A stretch of DNA of 64,000 nucleotides from a virus. The notes under the pieces are model-generated. The model saw only the letters and a list, made by a program, of their open reading frames with translations. It made no database searches and had not been told where the DNA came from. The stretch spans positions 64,001-128,000 of the IMG/VR virus record IMGVR_UViG_3300042198_000079; one strand, given 5' to 3'. Positions 28,412 to 39,590 of this stretch are shown one piece after another (the stretch's first letter is position 1; every line of letters begins with the position of its first letter). Made by a program: the position numbers and the translations under genes.

Positions 28412-30012
28412 TACTTTACGTAAGCAAAAAACACATCATTGGACTTGGGAAGAATTGTATACAGTGTTTGCAATGAATATTTCTTACTGAGATAATCATC
28501 TTGTGACCAAACCGTTAAAAGCCTATTCAAAACAGTATCAAATTCTCCATTTTTTGTCAGCGAATCATCCATCAAAGAAAAAACTAGTAACAAATCATTA
28601 AAATTTTTCTTAATAGTATTTTTCGTACATTTTCCATATGACTTTAAAATAATCTTTGTCGCATTTGAAAGTTTTGCAATAGGACATTTAATCTCAATTT
28701 TTAATGTTTCACTCGTTATATCTTTATAACTAGATCCGACATTGATTAAGTCACACAATCTTCTATTTACAGATTTAAATCTGTAAATAGAAGCACTTAA
28801 ATTCATTCGATCTTCAGACGTAACACTACTAGTAGTAAACAGATTAGTAGGGTCGAATTTTTCTTCAGTTGGGCCGTTTTGAATAAATAATGAATTTTCA
28901 AGAGAATTAATATCAAATATAGTATTTTTTTGGACTTCCAAAGAAGATTGATTTTTAAGATGATGTAATTTTATCGAAACTACATCATTTTCGCACATTT
29001 TATTCGTTCTTTCTAGAGAACGAACGACACTAGGAGAAGTATTATATGTAGAACAAATTTCTTTATAGATTTTGCAGAAATTTTTATCGTCTAAAGCATA
29101 TTTAAATTCTACATAACTTTGGTATTCGTCATTTTCCAAAAACATCTTGGAAACAATGTCTCTGGGAGCAAGAGGAGTGTATTTTTTAAGAGATTCCTCT
29201 GTAAAAGTTTTTTTAATATAATTGAGTTTTCCGGTATCGATTAACTTTTTATAGTTTTCTTCGCATGGATTCAACAACAAATCATCATATATTAATTTTA
29301 CAGGATCTGATTGTAGATACGTAACCAGTTGCTTAATATTAGAATCGGAAGGTAAAATTATATTTAATGGGATGCCTTGTTTATAAGATCTGTATGCTTC
29401 TTCCAATCTTCTAGAAGAGATATGTTTTCTGGAATTTTCATGCTGTTCAGCCCACCATTTCACCAAGATGTTTCCATCATTTTTGTATTTTTCATTAAAG
29501 AACCTTTCGCTAGGTCTAGAAGGAATTCTAATAATACACTGGAATCTATCAATTTGAGCAGGGTCAATTTCTTCTACGTTATAATTGAACATTTCGTCAG
29601 AAGGAGGATTTATGGATGCCCATACAATTTTCAGATTTGGAAATTTTCTTCCATTAATGCTTTTAAATTGTAAAAGTTCCATCATGGCATTCAATGTGGC
29701 TTTATCAGCAGCACGATTATATTCGTCCAGAAAGATTGCTTCCAGATTTTCATTGATTCTGGCAGGTCTTACAAATTTGAGATGTCCGGTTTCTTCGTCT
29801 TCTTTCGGAATCCCAATAAAATCAATCCAAGGATCGCACGTAGGTGCAGAAAAATACGCATAGTTTAATTTGTTTCTTTCAAAACAAGAAACAACTCTTT
29901 CTGTTTTTCCACATCCATGGTTTCCGATCAACAGCAAGTTTTTATTTGCTGTTGCAATTTGATCTAGCATGTTGTCGGATACATCAATTTCGGGATATTC
30001 GTTTATATTCAT
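28411..30012 (-). CDS. MoxR-like AAA+ ATPase
   Basis: GNHGCGKT, IFLDEYNRA, NAMMEL, WASINPP, DPAQIDRF; paired with the VWA gene. Confidence 0.88.
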   Translation of the reverse strand: MNINEYPEIDVSDNMLDQIATANKNLLLIGNHGCGKTERVVSCFERNKLNYAYFSAPTCDPWIDFIGIPKEDEETGHLKFVRPARINENLEAIFLDEYNRAADKATLNAMMELLQFKSINGRKFPNLKIVWASINPPSDEMFNYNVEEIDPAQIDRFQCIIRIPSRPSERFFNEKYKNDGNILVKWWAEQHENSRKHISSRRLEEAYRSYKQGIPLNIILPSDSNIKQLVTYLQSDPVKLIYDDLLLNPCEENYKKLIDTGKLNYIKKTFTEESLKKYTPLAPRDIVSKMFLENDEYQSYVEFKYALDDKNFCKIYKEICSTYNTSPSVVRSLERTNKMCENDVVSIKLHHLKNQSSLEVQKNTIFDINSLENSLFIQNGPTEEKFDPTNLFTTSSVTSEDRMNLSASIYRFKSVNRRLCDLINVGSSYKDITSETLKIEIKCPIAKLSNATKIILKSYGKCTKNTIKKNFNDLLLVFSLMDDSLTKNGEFDTVLNRLLTVWSQDDYLSKKYSLQTLYTILPKSNDVFFAYVK

Positions 30013-30995
30013 TTTTTACAAGTTTCGTAGTATTTTTTTAACTTTTCTTTAAGTTGCGGTTTTTGCTTTTCGTCGATTGTATCGTTGTTCGATACCACAA
30101 TATCGATAATCTCGTTAATGTCAACAGAAGAATTGTCGAGTTTTTCTATTTTTTCTTCGCCCATTAAAATAGGAGAATCCATAATGCTTATTGATACATC
30201 TTTAAATTTTGATCGATCTAAATTTTCTAAAATGGATTCTTTATGAATTTTTATAAAATTGTTTTCTTTTCCGATTAAATCTTTTTCGTTAAAAATATTA
30301 TAATGTTTAGGACTCCATGTATTTTTTATTTCGTTAAATGACTTAGATTCTGTATCAAAAATCCAAAAATAACTATCTTTCCCCTCTTCTCCGAAATTTA
30401 ATTCAAAAGGTGAACCCAAATACATTATAGTCCCGTCTTTGTATTTTTTTCTTTGAAAACGATGATAATGTCCAGAAACAACAAAATCAGAATAATTAAA
30501 CAGTTCTGATTTGTTTTTACCATGAATTGATGGTCTGCCATTATCTAAAGAAAATCCTTGTATGTCAAAGTGACACATTAGAAAATCAGCTTTTAAAGGT
30601 TCTTCGCCCCAAGGGACAAAACAAAATTTTATATTATCTATTTCTACAATTTCGGTCTTATTAAAAATAAAAACTTGTTCTCCATCATGGAAATGAGAAA
30701 CAGAATTTACCAAACTAGAATTTCTAAAATAACAATCATGATTTCCCGTTATCATGAATATTTTTTCAAAATTGTTTTTAAGTTTAGAAAAACAGTCATT
30801 TGAAAAATGTAAATCGTCTACTGATATTTGTCTGTCATTATCGTGCCAGTCTCCTAAAAAAAATAAAATATCAGAATTGTTTTCTTTTGAAATTTTTATA
30901 AATTTGTCAACCCAATCATTTGTAATTTCTTTATATATATTTTTTGGATTTTTTAAGATGTGTATATCTGAAAAGATGCTTATTCTTCTGTGCAT
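30009..30995 (-). CDS. Recombination nuclease subunit (gp47/SbcD/Mre11-like)
   Basis: SDIH, LGDWHD, GNHD, SGHYH, YLGSP. Confidence 0.93.
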   Translation of the reverse strand: MHRRISIFSDIHILKNPKNIYKEITNDWVDKFIKISKENNSDILFFLGDWHDNDRQISVDDLHFSNDCFSKLKNNFEKIFMITGNHDCYFRNSSLVNSVSHFHDGEQVFIFNKTEIVEIDNIKFCFVPWGEEPLKADFLMCHFDIQGFSLDNGRPSIHGKNKSELFNYSDFVVSGHYHRFQRKKYKDGTIMYLGSPFELNFGEEGKDSYFWIFDTESKSFNEIKNTWSPKHYNIFNEKDLIGKENNFIKIHKESILENLDRSKFKDVSISIMDSPILMGEEKIEKLDNSSVDINEIIDIVVSNNDTIDEKQKPQLKEKLKKYYETCKK

Positions 30996-31543
30996 TCCAA
31001 TTCATGGTAATCCTCTGGTGTTTCATTGTCAACATCATAAAAATCATTATTTTCAAAAAAATTATCTTCTTCGTCTTCTAGATGATTTTTTCTTTTATAA
31101 TTTTCAAACCCGTTACTTTCTATAATTTGAGAAAAAACATGACTTTTATATTTATTCATTTCTTCCACATTCTTTTTTTCTTTTTTTATTATTTTAATAA
31201 ACTCTCTAGATGCAATACACGAAAAATATGAAAATGGTTTTAAATAATGACCGTTTTCGTCAACTCTTTCCAAATCAAATTTTTTATTAACGACTGCCTT
31301 CCAACATCTGTTAACAGCATCAGCAACAAATTCGTCTTTCCACGAATATTGCCAAAAATTTCCAGAAGATGATAAATGTTTACAAAGAGAAAATAAACTC
31401 TCACACAATTCTCTTTCTTTAATTTCTTTAACTTTACTACCTTCTAAAGAATTATAATATTCTTTTAATGTTTCCCTGAAAGTTTCATTATCAAAGTAGT
31501 GATTTTGTGTTGACTTTTTCTTTTTCTTCTGTAGTATTGACAT
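30980..31543 (-). CDS. Late-transcription sigma factor (gp55-like)
   Basis: HYFDN, NFWQYSWKDEFVADA, PFSYFSCIA..F...IKKEKK; adjacent to gp47. Promoter TTGACA-17-TATAGT at 31562-31590. Confidence 0.9.
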   Translation of the reverse strand: MSILQKKKKKSTQNHYFDNETFRETLKEYYNSLEGSKVKEIKERELCESLFSLCKHLSSSGNFWQYSWKDEFVADAVNRCWKAVVNKKFDLERVDENGHYLKPFSYFSCIASREFIKIIKKEKKNVEEMNKYKSHVFSQIIESNGFENYKRKNHLEDEEDNFFENNDFYDVDNETPEDYHELECTEE

Positions 31544-31596
31544 ATAAAAATATATACATATACTATAATAAAATTATAAATTGATGTCAAACAATA

Positions 31597-32670
31597 TTAT
31601 CTAGCAACAAAATTTCTTGGAGGGTTATTTTCAACTTCTATAACATTATCTTCTGGAAGATAATTTTGAATTTGATCTAAAAAAGAATTTCCAGATTCTT
31701 CGCTTTGAAATAAAGATTGATATGTCGGTAATTTCAATTGAATATTTTTAATACTATTACTTAAATTTTTAGTTTTATTCAATGCTCTATAAAAAAGATT
31801 AGAAAATTTTTGTAAAATTTCATTATCTAATTTTTCTAATGATGGTGGATTTTCTTTACTAGATTCAATTTCCGATGGTGATAAAGAATTTATTGTATTT
31901 TCTCCTATTTTTGCTGAAATAAAATTTACAGCTTCTTCACAATATTCTTCATCGTTTCCAACTGGAGGTTCTAATAAAATTTGAGGATATGTTAAATATA
32001 TTTTAGTTCGGGTATCATCACGATAATAATTTTTTAGTTGTTCTCTATTTATCAACCTATTAATACAAGAATAATAAAGTGCTTTACAATATTTTAAATA
32101 TGTAAGATTTCTAAAATTGCCTTGATCTTCCATATCATCTGGAACCTCTAAATCTTCATCTTTCTCTTCCTCTTTATTGCGAGGTTCTTTTTTTCCTTTT
32201 GAATTTTTTTTAGAGGGAGGATTCTTTTTTCCTCCGCCAGAAAGTATATCTCCTAGTTCTTCATCTAAATTTCTATCATCACCTTTTTTTTCATATATTA
32301 GTTTCATTAATGCGCTTTTTTTGAAATATTCTCCTAAAGATGTTTCAGCAGGTTTGGGTTGCATTTCTATTTTTAATAAATTTAGAAATTTTTCATAAGC
32401 CGGATTATTTCCATAAAAATTTCTAAATTCTTTTTCATTACCCGGTTCGTTGAAATTTAAATTTTTTAATTTTTCTGGCATTTTATTTTTAAAATTATCA
32501 TATTCATCTTTGTCAACTTCTGCATCTTTAAAATTATCTGCATTTAAAACATTAATATTTTCAGAACTTACATTATTATTTCCGGTGCTAGAAAAGCTTG
32601 TCGGCAAGAAATTCGATCCATTAAGAATATTTTCATAAAATTTTCTAGTCTTTTTTAAATGTTTAAACAT
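31597..32670 (-). CDS. Hypothetical late protein
   Basis: AATAAATA 8 nt before ATG; low-complexity charged middle. Confidence 0.6.
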   Translation of the reverse strand: MFKHLKKTRKFYENILNGSNFLPTSFSSTGNNNVSSENINVLNADNFKDAEVDKDEYDNFKNKMPEKLKNLNFNEPGNEKEFRNFYGNNPAYEKFLNLLKIEMQPKPAETSLGEYFKKSALMKLIYEKKGDDRNLDEELGDILSGGGKKNPPSKKNSKGKKEPRNKEEEKDEDLEVPDDMEDQGNFRNLTYLKYCKALYYSCINRLINREQLKNYYRDDTRTKIYLTYPQILLEPPVGNDEEYCEEAVNFISAKIGENTINSLSPSEIESSKENPPSLEKLDNEILQKFSNLFYRALNKTKNLSNSIKNIQLKLPTYQSLFQSEESGNSFLDQIQNYLPEDNVIEVENNPPRNFVAR

Positions 32671-32750
32671 ATTATCTATATTTATTCAACTAAACAAACA
32701 AATCAAAAAAAACTTATTGATAATAATATAAATTACTATATTATTGTTTC

Positions 32751-33050
32751 GTGGTTATAAAAACATTATGTATTAATACAATTTTATCTCGACCAGATTT
32801 TGTTAAAGAAATATGGGATATAAACTGTTCTGAAATAGACAAAGAATATATCATACTTTTAGAACGATATTTAAATAAAAACAATACCTTTAATATAAAA
32901 TATATTTTATCCACTCCTGAAATTTTAGAAAATAAAAAAATATTAAATTGGGCAAAAAAGAAAAAATATCCAGTATTAGATCATGAACTTCCCAAAGTAA
33001 TAGATACTAGCGAATTAGATAAAGAAATTATAAAGTGTTTATCTTTTTAA
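32751..33050 (+). CDS. Hypothetical protein
   Basis: 99-aa GTG-start ORF with a TTGATA...TACTAT-like promoter upstream. Confidence 0.5.
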   Translation: MVIKTLCINTILSRPDFVKEIWDINCSEIDKEYIILLERYLNKNNTFNIKYILSTPEILENKKILNWAKKKKYPVLDHELPKVIDTSELDKEIIKCLSF

Positions 33051-33709
33051 TTATTAATAATTTTGTTTAGAATATTGTTGACACTCTTTCTATTAATCAT
33101 AAAATCTAATCTATTAGTAGAATTTATCCTATAATAAGAGTTTACAATACTATCAAAAATTTCTTTTGAACCTACTGATTGAATTAAATTGTTTATTATA
33201 TTTTGATCAAAATAATCTAAAATAATATAATCATTATCTTCTTTGTTTATTTCTTTTCTTATTATTTCCCCTGTCGAATTTTCTTTTTTTGATAATTCGT
33301 AAAATTTTTTCCATATCTTAAAAGAATTTTCATTTATATAAGTATCACATCTCAACCATCCTTCGTCTTTATAAATTTTATATATTGTTTCCATTAAAAG
33401 ATAATAAAAAAATGGACCATTTCCTTTTTTAGGCACAAAAACATTATCTATCATAAATTTTGATTCAGATGGAGTCCAATCGGAAACACTACATTTAATC
33501 CATGCTTTTTCTAGATTATTTTTTATTTTAGCATCAGAATCAGAAATATCGTTTTTTATTATTATGCTTTTTATATTATTTTTAATTTTATCTTTAGTTT
33601 CAGATTTATATATTAATTCTATTTTTAATTTTTTATAATCTACTTCATTTTTTTTATCATTCATATCTTTCATTGCCATTTCTAACAAATATTTTTTAAA
33701 ATTTATCAT
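33047..33709 (-). CDS. Leader-tagged protein with GNAT-like acetyltransferase features
   Basis: Starts MINFKKYLLE; KKGNGPFFYYLLME..LRCD..SFKIWKKFY resembles GNAT motifs A/B. TATAAATA at 33718-33725. Confidence 0.5.
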   Translation of the reverse strand: MINFKKYLLEMAMKDMNDKKNEVDYKKLKIELIYKSETKDKIKNNIKSIIIKNDISDSDAKIKNNLEKAWIKCSVSDWTPSESKFMIDNVFVPKKGNGPFFYYLLMETIYKIYKDEGWLRCDTYINENSFKIWKKFYELSKKENSTGEIIRKEINKEDNDYIILDYFDQNIINNLIQSVGSKEIFDSIVNSYYRINSTNRLDFMINRKSVNNILNKIINN

Positions 33710-33800
33710 AATAATTTTATTTATAGAATTTAAAACAAATATCAGTTCTTGTGGATTTTTAATGTTGACATCGTTGTTCCGTTCGACTATCTCTAATAAG

Positions 33801-35150
33801 ATGCAATTTGAATTAACGGCAGATCAAGAAAAAGCACTAATCGAAATAAACAAATGGTATAATTCGCCTCCTTCTAAAAAGGCACTTCTTTATGGACAAG
33901 CCGGAGTAGGTAAAACATCTGTTGTTGCAACCTTTATAAAAAACTTAATAAAAACCAAAGACAAAACTAAAGTAAAAATTTGCGTTGTTGCTCCTACCCA
34001 TAAAGCACTAAAGGTTATTAAAAACATGTGCGAAAAAAATGAAATAATAGAAGATTTACACTTTAATACAATTCATAGTCTTTTGGGATTAAGACAAGTA
34101 ATTGACGGTTATGGAAATCAATCATTCAAAAGGGAAAATGGAAGTTCTGGTAAAGATAAATCGTCCGAATATAATTTGATTATTTGTGACGAGGCATCCA
34201 TGATTGGATCAGAACTTTTATCATATATAAAAAACGATATAAAAATTTTATTTGTCGGGGACAATTTTCAGCTAAACCCTGTAAATGAAATTGATTCTCC
34301 CGTTTTCAATTTAGATATTCCTAAATTCGGATTAACCGAAATTGTTAGACAAGTTAAAGAAAATAAAATAATTGAATTTTCTAAATCCATTAGAGAAAAA
34401 GGAGGCATTAGCGATATTAGAAGTTATTTAGGAACAAATGATTTAATTCTAATGCCAATGAAAAGATTTCAAGCAGGTATTCCAGATGTTTTTAATTCTG
34501 AAAATTATAAGAAAAATATCGATTATGGAAGAATTTTGTGCTATACTAATAAAGAAGTATCAAAATGGAATCAATACATAAGAAATAAAATATTTCCAAA
34601 TTCCAATCGACAAATTGATGTCGGCGAAAGAATAATTTTTAGAAAACCGGCACTAAACATAAATTTTAATTCTTCTAAAAAGAAAAGCACTTTGCAAAAT
34701 CGTTTTTCATTTGATACAAACGACGAAGTAACAATTATAGACGTAGAAGAAAAAATATTTAAATTCAAAAATTTTAGTTTAGATACTTATGTTTGTGAAG
34801 GATTAGACGAAAATACAGGCAAATCTGGAAAATTCAGAATTCTTAATAATAATTCAACAGACGAATATAATGATATTTTATCTAATTTAAAAAGACAAGC
34901 TCTTTCTAAAAAACAAGGAACCAAAGAAGCGAAAAATGCATGGGTTTGTTATTATGAATTTTCTGATCTTTTTGCAGTAATTCAGGGTGCATATGCGTGT
35001 ACAGTACATGTTTCGCAAGGATCAACTTTTGAAAACTGTTTTGTTATTCTTTCCGATTTTGATAATTGTAGAGTAAATTTAGAAAAAATTAGATTGTTTT
35101 ACACTGCTGTAACTAGAGCAAGTGAAAAGGTTGTAATGATCACTGCCTAA
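33801..35150 (+). CDS. dda: Dda/RecD-like SF1B helicase
   Basis: LTADQ, GQAGVGKT, APTHKA, TIHSLL, CDEASM, GDNFQLNPV, TVHVSQGSTF, YTAVTRA. TTGACA at 33765 supports ATG 33801. Confidence 0.92.
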   Translation: MQFELTADQEKALIEINKWYNSPPSKKALLYGQAGVGKTSVVATFIKNLIKTKDKTKVKICVVAPTHKALKVIKNMCEKNEIIEDLHFNTIHSLLGLRQVIDGYGNQSFKRENGSSGKDKSSEYNLIICDEASMIGSELLSYIKNDIKILFVGDNFQLNPVNEIDSPVFNLDIPKFGLTEIVRQVKENKIIEFSKSIREKGGISDIRSYLGTNDLILMPMKRFQAGIPDVFNSENYKKNIDYGRILCYTNKEVSKWNQYIRNKIFPNSNRQIDVGERIIFRKPALNINFNSSKKKSTLQNRFSFDTNDEVTIIDVEEKIFKFKNFSLDTYVCEGLDENTGKSGKFRILNNNSTDEYNDILSNLKRQALSKKQGTKEAKNAWVCYYEFSDLFAVIQGAYACTVHVSQGSTFENCFVILSDFDNCRVNLEKIRLFYTAVTRASEKVVMITA

Positions 35151-35233
35151 AAAAATTAAACAAAATTTAGTTGTCAACTTGACAAAATATATCATTGGAT
35201 ATAAGTTATTCTGGAAAGATACAAATACAACTA

Positions 35234-36544
35234 ATGAAATTAACAAAAGAAGATTTTTTTAATTTTCTCAAAAAGAATATTCCATTACAACACTTAGCCC
35301 GCCAATACGGTTTACGTCATGTTCCCGGTAATTGGAAAAGATGGAAATACGAGTTTTTAAATTCATCAAAAACAATAGATCAAACAAGCGACATTTTAGG
35401 TTTTTTTGATGAAAAAACTACCAGTGAAGAAGAATGCGCTTCCAGTGTAGAAAAACCAGAACATGATAAAAAAGTATATTTTAGCGCATGTTACAAAGAT
35501 GAAGAAAATGGCAATTTAAAAATAATGCCAATCGAAGAATATTGTTTTCATTACAATCTACCATACGAAGATGTTTCTTCTTATAAATTAATTAAACACA
35601 ATGGAGGTGCATATTATAACATCTTTTTCCGAGAAAAGAATAAAAAAATTGATGATGATTCATTAGATGGAATAAAACAAATAGAAATAGCATTACAAAA
35701 ATGGGCAAACGGAAAAGGCAAAGTAAATAGAAACTTTCAAGAAAAAAAGAAACACGGAGATGCTGTAATTGTTATTTCCGATCTACATTTGGGATCTTTA
35801 GTAACGGGTTTAATAAAAACTCCAAACTTTTCAAAAGAAATATGTATAGAATATTTAGAAAGTGCTGTTGATGAAATTAATAAACAGGTTTATGATAATG
35901 CACATGTTTTTATATTAGGAGACTTAGTAGAAACCATATCAGGATTAAATCATATTAATTCATGGCAAGAATTAGGACATAAAGAACATGGAGCAAATAT
36001 AATTAAAATTGCAACAGAAGTTCTCCATGAACATTTCCTTTCTAAAATTCAAAGACTCAAAAACATAAAAATTGTTGCGGGAAATCATGATCGTCTTACT
36101 GCACAGAAGGATGCTGATCCAGAATGTAGTGGAGCAAACTTAATCGCATGGGGATTAAGTTTGCTTGGATATAATATAGAATATAATTCTCTTTGTATAA
36201 GAAACGAAGTAGATGATATTTGTTATGTTCTTCTACACGGAGATAAAGGAATTTCTAGAAAACAAACAAAAGAAATTGTTTGGGATTATGGAAAACAAGG
36301 AATTTTTAATGTTGTTTTAGAAGGGCATCTACACTCTAGAATGGAACGAACAGTTAATAGAAAACTTCCCCAGTTAAAACATTTGGAACATTGTGATACT
36401 GTAGATACCAGAAGATTTATATGTCCTTCTTTCTTTACTGGTAATTTTTATTCAGAATCAAATGGGTGGACATCTACTCCCGGATTTAAAATTATCAAAA
36501 GTAATGGCAAAGGTAGACCAAATGTTTTTGATTATACGTTGTAA
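35234..36544 (+). CDS. Calcineurin-like metallophosphoesterase
   Basis: ISDLHLG, LGDLVE, AGNHDR, LHGD, GHLH. Promoter TTGACA(35179)-17-TAAGTT. Confidence 0.88.
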   Translation: MKLTKEDFFNFLKKNIPLQHLARQYGLRHVPGNWKRWKYEFLNSSKTIDQTSDILGFFDEKTTSEEECASSVEKPEHDKKVYFSACYKDEENGNLKIMPIEEYCFHYNLPYEDVSSYKLIKHNGGAYYNIFFREKNKKIDDDSLDGIKQIEIALQKWANGKGKVNRNFQEKKKHGDAVIVISDLHLGSLVTGLIKTPNFSKEICIEYLESAVDEINKQVYDNAHVFILGDLVETISGLNHINSWQELGHKEHGANIIKIATEVLHEHFLSKIQRLKNIKIVAGNHDRLTAQKDADPECSGANLIAWGLSLLGYNIEYNSLCIRNEVDDICYVLLHGDKGISRKQTKEIVWDYGKQGIFNVVLEGHLHSRMERTVNRKLPQLKHLEHCDTVDTRRFICPSFFTGNFYSESNGWTSTPGFKIIKSNGKGRPNVFDYTL

Positions 36545-36641
36545 GTTATTTGAAAGTATAAAAATTATATAATATAATATTATTATGTATCGTGTATAAG
36601 AAGACGACACCGTAAACTCAATAAAACACATAAAAAACAAT

Positions 36642-37424
36642 ATGGACAGCAACAAAATAGGGGTAGGAATCGTTACATATAATTCTGAAGATTACTACAA
36701 CACATTATATCAAACACTACCCTTAGATAAAATTGACGTTTTAGTAACTGTTAATGGCGGAAACAAATACAAAAACGAATATAAAAGTAATTGGATTCAG
36801 CATTCAGAAAATGTTTATCCTTCAGTTTGTAGAAATGATTGTATAAATTTTTTATTACAAAGAAATTGCGAACATGTTTTTATAATTGAGGATGATATGG
36901 TTCTAAAATCGCCTGATATATTTGACAAATATATTCAAGCTTCAAAAGAGTCTGGTTTGAAATATTTTTCCTTTGTTTCTACATCTTGGGAGTCAGGTGA
37001 ACCCGGTAAACGCACACCACGTCTAACCGTTGAGTATAAAAATAATGTAAGCATTTCTTTTTATAAGAATATGTGTAATGAGTTTACTTATCATCATAAA
37101 ACCTGCTACGAAAAAACTGGTTTATACGATACAAACTTCAGAGACCCTTTTGATATTGACCTAGCTTATAGAGAATCTCGTCAAGATTATGCAGCACCTT
37201 TTTGGTGGTTTGCAGATATTACGAATTCAGATAATTTAATAACGAATAACCCTAATGCTGTATCACGCCTTCAAGGTGATCGACCGGACGGATCTCGGGA
37301 ACAAAGAATTCAAAAAGAATGGGAATATTTTATTAGTAAACATCAATTACATGTAACACAAATACCCGATATTAATAAAGAAAATTTGCTAAAAAAACTT
37401 AAACAAATTAAGTCTAATATATAA
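36642..37424 (+). CDS. GT2-like glycosyltransferase (paralogue of 26236..27084)
   Basis: IGVGIVTYN, VFIIEDD, TGLYD, WWFADI. Confidence 0.85.
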   Translation: MDSNKIGVGIVTYNSEDYYNTLYQTLPLDKIDVLVTVNGGNKYKNEYKSNWIQHSENVYPSVCRNDCINFLLQRNCEHVFIIEDDMVLKSPDIFDKYIQASKESGLKYFSFVSTSWESGEPGKRTPRLTVEYKNNVSISFYKNMCNEFTYHHKTCYEKTGLYDTNFRDPFDIDLAYRESRQDYAAPFWWFADITNSDNLITNNPNAVSRLQGDRPDGSREQRIQKEWEYFISKHQLHVTQIPDINKENLLKKLKQIKSNI

Positions 37425-37425
37425 A

Positions 37426-38175
37426 ATGAAAAAAATTTTAACAACTTTTGCAGGATATAGTTATACTTTAAAACTAAGCCAACTTAGATTAATTGAACAG
37501 GCTAAAAAACATTTTAATGGATGTGCAACTTTTGATGAAAACTCTCCACAAATAGTACAGTTATTTCATCAATATAAAGAAATAAGTCAGTATCGCCGTG
37601 GCGCAGGTTTTTGGATGTGGAAACCTTTTATAATACTTAAAACTTTTGAATCTCTTGATAACGGTGATTTTGTTTTTTATATGGATTCTGGAACCGATAT
37701 AATTGATGACTTAACCCCGCTTTTTAAATTATGTGAAAAAAATAATGGATTTTTATTTTTTGAAAATAGAAGTGGCAACCCTACAGGTAATATTTGGACT
37801 AACGATTTATGGACTAAAAAGGATTGTTTTATATTAACAGACTGCGACTCAGAAAAATTTTATAAAGCTTCTCAAGTTGACGGTGCATATATTTTATTAC
37901 AAAAAAATGATACAACAGTATTGTTTTTACAGGAATATTTTAAATATTGTACAGATCGTAGAATAATTACAGACGAACCAAACACTTTAGGCGAAAATTT
38001 ACCACAATTTATCGATCATCGACACGATCAATCAATACTTTCTTTATTAGTTAAAAAATACAATTTTAACCTATACCCACAACCATCAGAAGTTGGTAAC
38101 AGTCATCGACCACCTGATTGTCCGTATAAACAATTATTTTTGCATCATCGAGGAACTATTTTTGGCCGCGTATGA
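37426..38175 (+). CDS. Nucleotide-diphospho-sugar transferase-like protein
   Basis: RGAGFWMWKP, YMDSG, WTKKDCF, HRHDQSILSLL. Confidence 0.75.
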   Translation: MKKILTTFAGYSYTLKLSQLRLIEQAKKHFNGCATFDENSPQIVQLFHQYKEISQYRRGAGFWMWKPFIILKTFESLDNGDFVFYMDSGTDIIDDLTPLFKLCEKNNGFLFFENRSGNPTGNIWTNDLWTKKDCFILTDCDSEKFYKASQVDGAYILLQKNDTTVLFLQEYFKYCTDRRIITDEPNTLGENLPQFIDHRHDQSILSLLVKKYNFNLYPQPSEVGNSHRPPDCPYKQLFLHHRGTIFGRV

Positions 38176-38275
38176 AAATTTGTATATGTATTAATAGTTT
38201 TGAAGTTGAAGAGGACGTTATTTATAATTTAGAAAAAGCTTTCCCTAAATTAGAAAATACAACTATTGTAAAATA
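38172..38275 (+). pseudogene. Short truncated ORF, probable remnant of another glycosylation gene
   Basis: MKICICINSF... begins overlapping the previous stop (ATGA) and ends after about 34 codons. Confidence 0.3.
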
Positions 38276-38320
38276 GTTATTTTTCAAAAAAAATAAAAAA
38301 AATTAATATAAATAAGTATA

Positions 38321-38968
38321 ATGAAATACGATTCTCAAATAAAACAATTTCTCAAAAATACAATTGTAGACCGAAATCCTGCTCAGGCTCAAAGAATTAT
38401 AAAAAACATTTTAAGAAAAAAAGTAGATTCTTATTTCTATGAAAGTTATAAAGTATTTAAAAATTCTAAAAATAAATCCGATTCGATTTGGTTTGAAACG
38501 TCCCAACCAAGTGAAAATGAAATGTCTTTCGAGGATAAGAAAAAAAAATTATTAGAAATTCTTAAAGACCAACAGGTTTTTTCGCATATACTCGATCCTT
38601 CAGAAGAAGATCTTATAAAATATCTTGATTATGAATATTATGAAGATGAATATCCTGAAGGACTTGAAAATAGTTGTAATGTAATCTTGTTTCACGACGA
38701 CAACGACAATCCACATTTTATTTTTTGGCCTCTCATTATAGAGGATGAAGAAACTATTCGTAATATCTTACGAGAAGCTGGATTTAAGGCACATATATCC
38801 AGAACTTTAAATGGAAATGCAACAGCTTGTAAAGGTGATAATTATTTTAACTGGACGATTGATGAATCATTGACAATAGATGATGCCAATAAAATTATAG
38901 ATAAAGCAATAGAGCGTTATTCTTATTCTTCATTTCATTATACATTACATCGAGATGACATTTATTAA
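38321..38968 (+). CDS. Hypothetical late protein
   Basis: TATAAATA at 38307-38314, 6 nt before ATG; helical N-terminus ending YFYES. Confidence 0.6.
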   Translation: MKYDSQIKQFLKNTIVDRNPAQAQRIIKNILRKKVDSYFYESYKVFKNSKNKSDSIWFETSQPSENEMSFEDKKKKLLEILKDQQVFSHILDPSEEDLIKYLDYEYYEDEYPEGLENSCNVILFHDDNDNPHFIFWPLIIEDEETIRNILREAGFKAHISRTLNGNATACKGDNYFNWTIDESLTIDDANKIIDKAIERYSYSSFHYTLHRDDIY

Positions 38969-39029
38969 AATACAATACAATATGATAAATTAAATTGACA
39001 TTTCTGATTTAAGATGTCATATTGTATTG

Positions 39030-39584
39030 ATGATTCGTCGAATAAATATTCTCGGAGGACCGTGTTCGGGAAAAAGTAATTTTGCTGCAAAATTATATTC
39101 TTTATTTAAAACAAAAAAATATAATATTGAATTGTGTAGAGAATATGTAAAAAATTGGGTTTATAAACAAAAAAAACCAGAATCTTTCGACCAAATTTTC
39201 ATATTCGGAAAACAATTGCACGAAGAATTTATTCCATTAAGCAGTGGAACAGATTTAATTGTTACGGATTGTCCTTTAATACTTTCGTATTATTATTCAA
39301 CAGAAATGAATATTTCGCAATCGATTTCAGAATCAATTTTTAATATCATTTTTGAATTTGAAAAAATTTATCCATCGATTAATGTCTTGCTTGAAGGTAA
39401 TTTTGAATATGTAGAATCTGGAAGATTCCACACAAAACAACAAGCAGACAAAATACAAGAAAGTTTAAAAAATATTTTATTAAATTCAAATACAGATTAC
39501 ATATTAATTGATCCCACTTCGGAAGATTCTGAAGAAAAAATATTTGAATATTATTTAGAAAAAAAGTGGAGTCCATATGCATAA
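39030..39584 (+). CDS. NadR/Ttd14-like P-loop kinase/ATPase
   Basis: INILGGPCSGKS, EYVK, VTDCPL, GRFH. Confidence 0.8.
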   Translation: MIRRINILGGPCSGKSNFAAKLYSLFKTKKYNIELCREYVKNWVYKQKKPESFDQIFIFGKQLHEEFIPLSSGTDLIVTDCPLILSYYYSTEMNISQSISESIFNIIFEFEKIYPSINVLLEGNFEYVESGRFHTKQQADKIQESLKNILLNSNTDYILIDPTSEDSEEKIFEYYLEKKWSPYA

Positions 39585-39590
39585 AAAACC

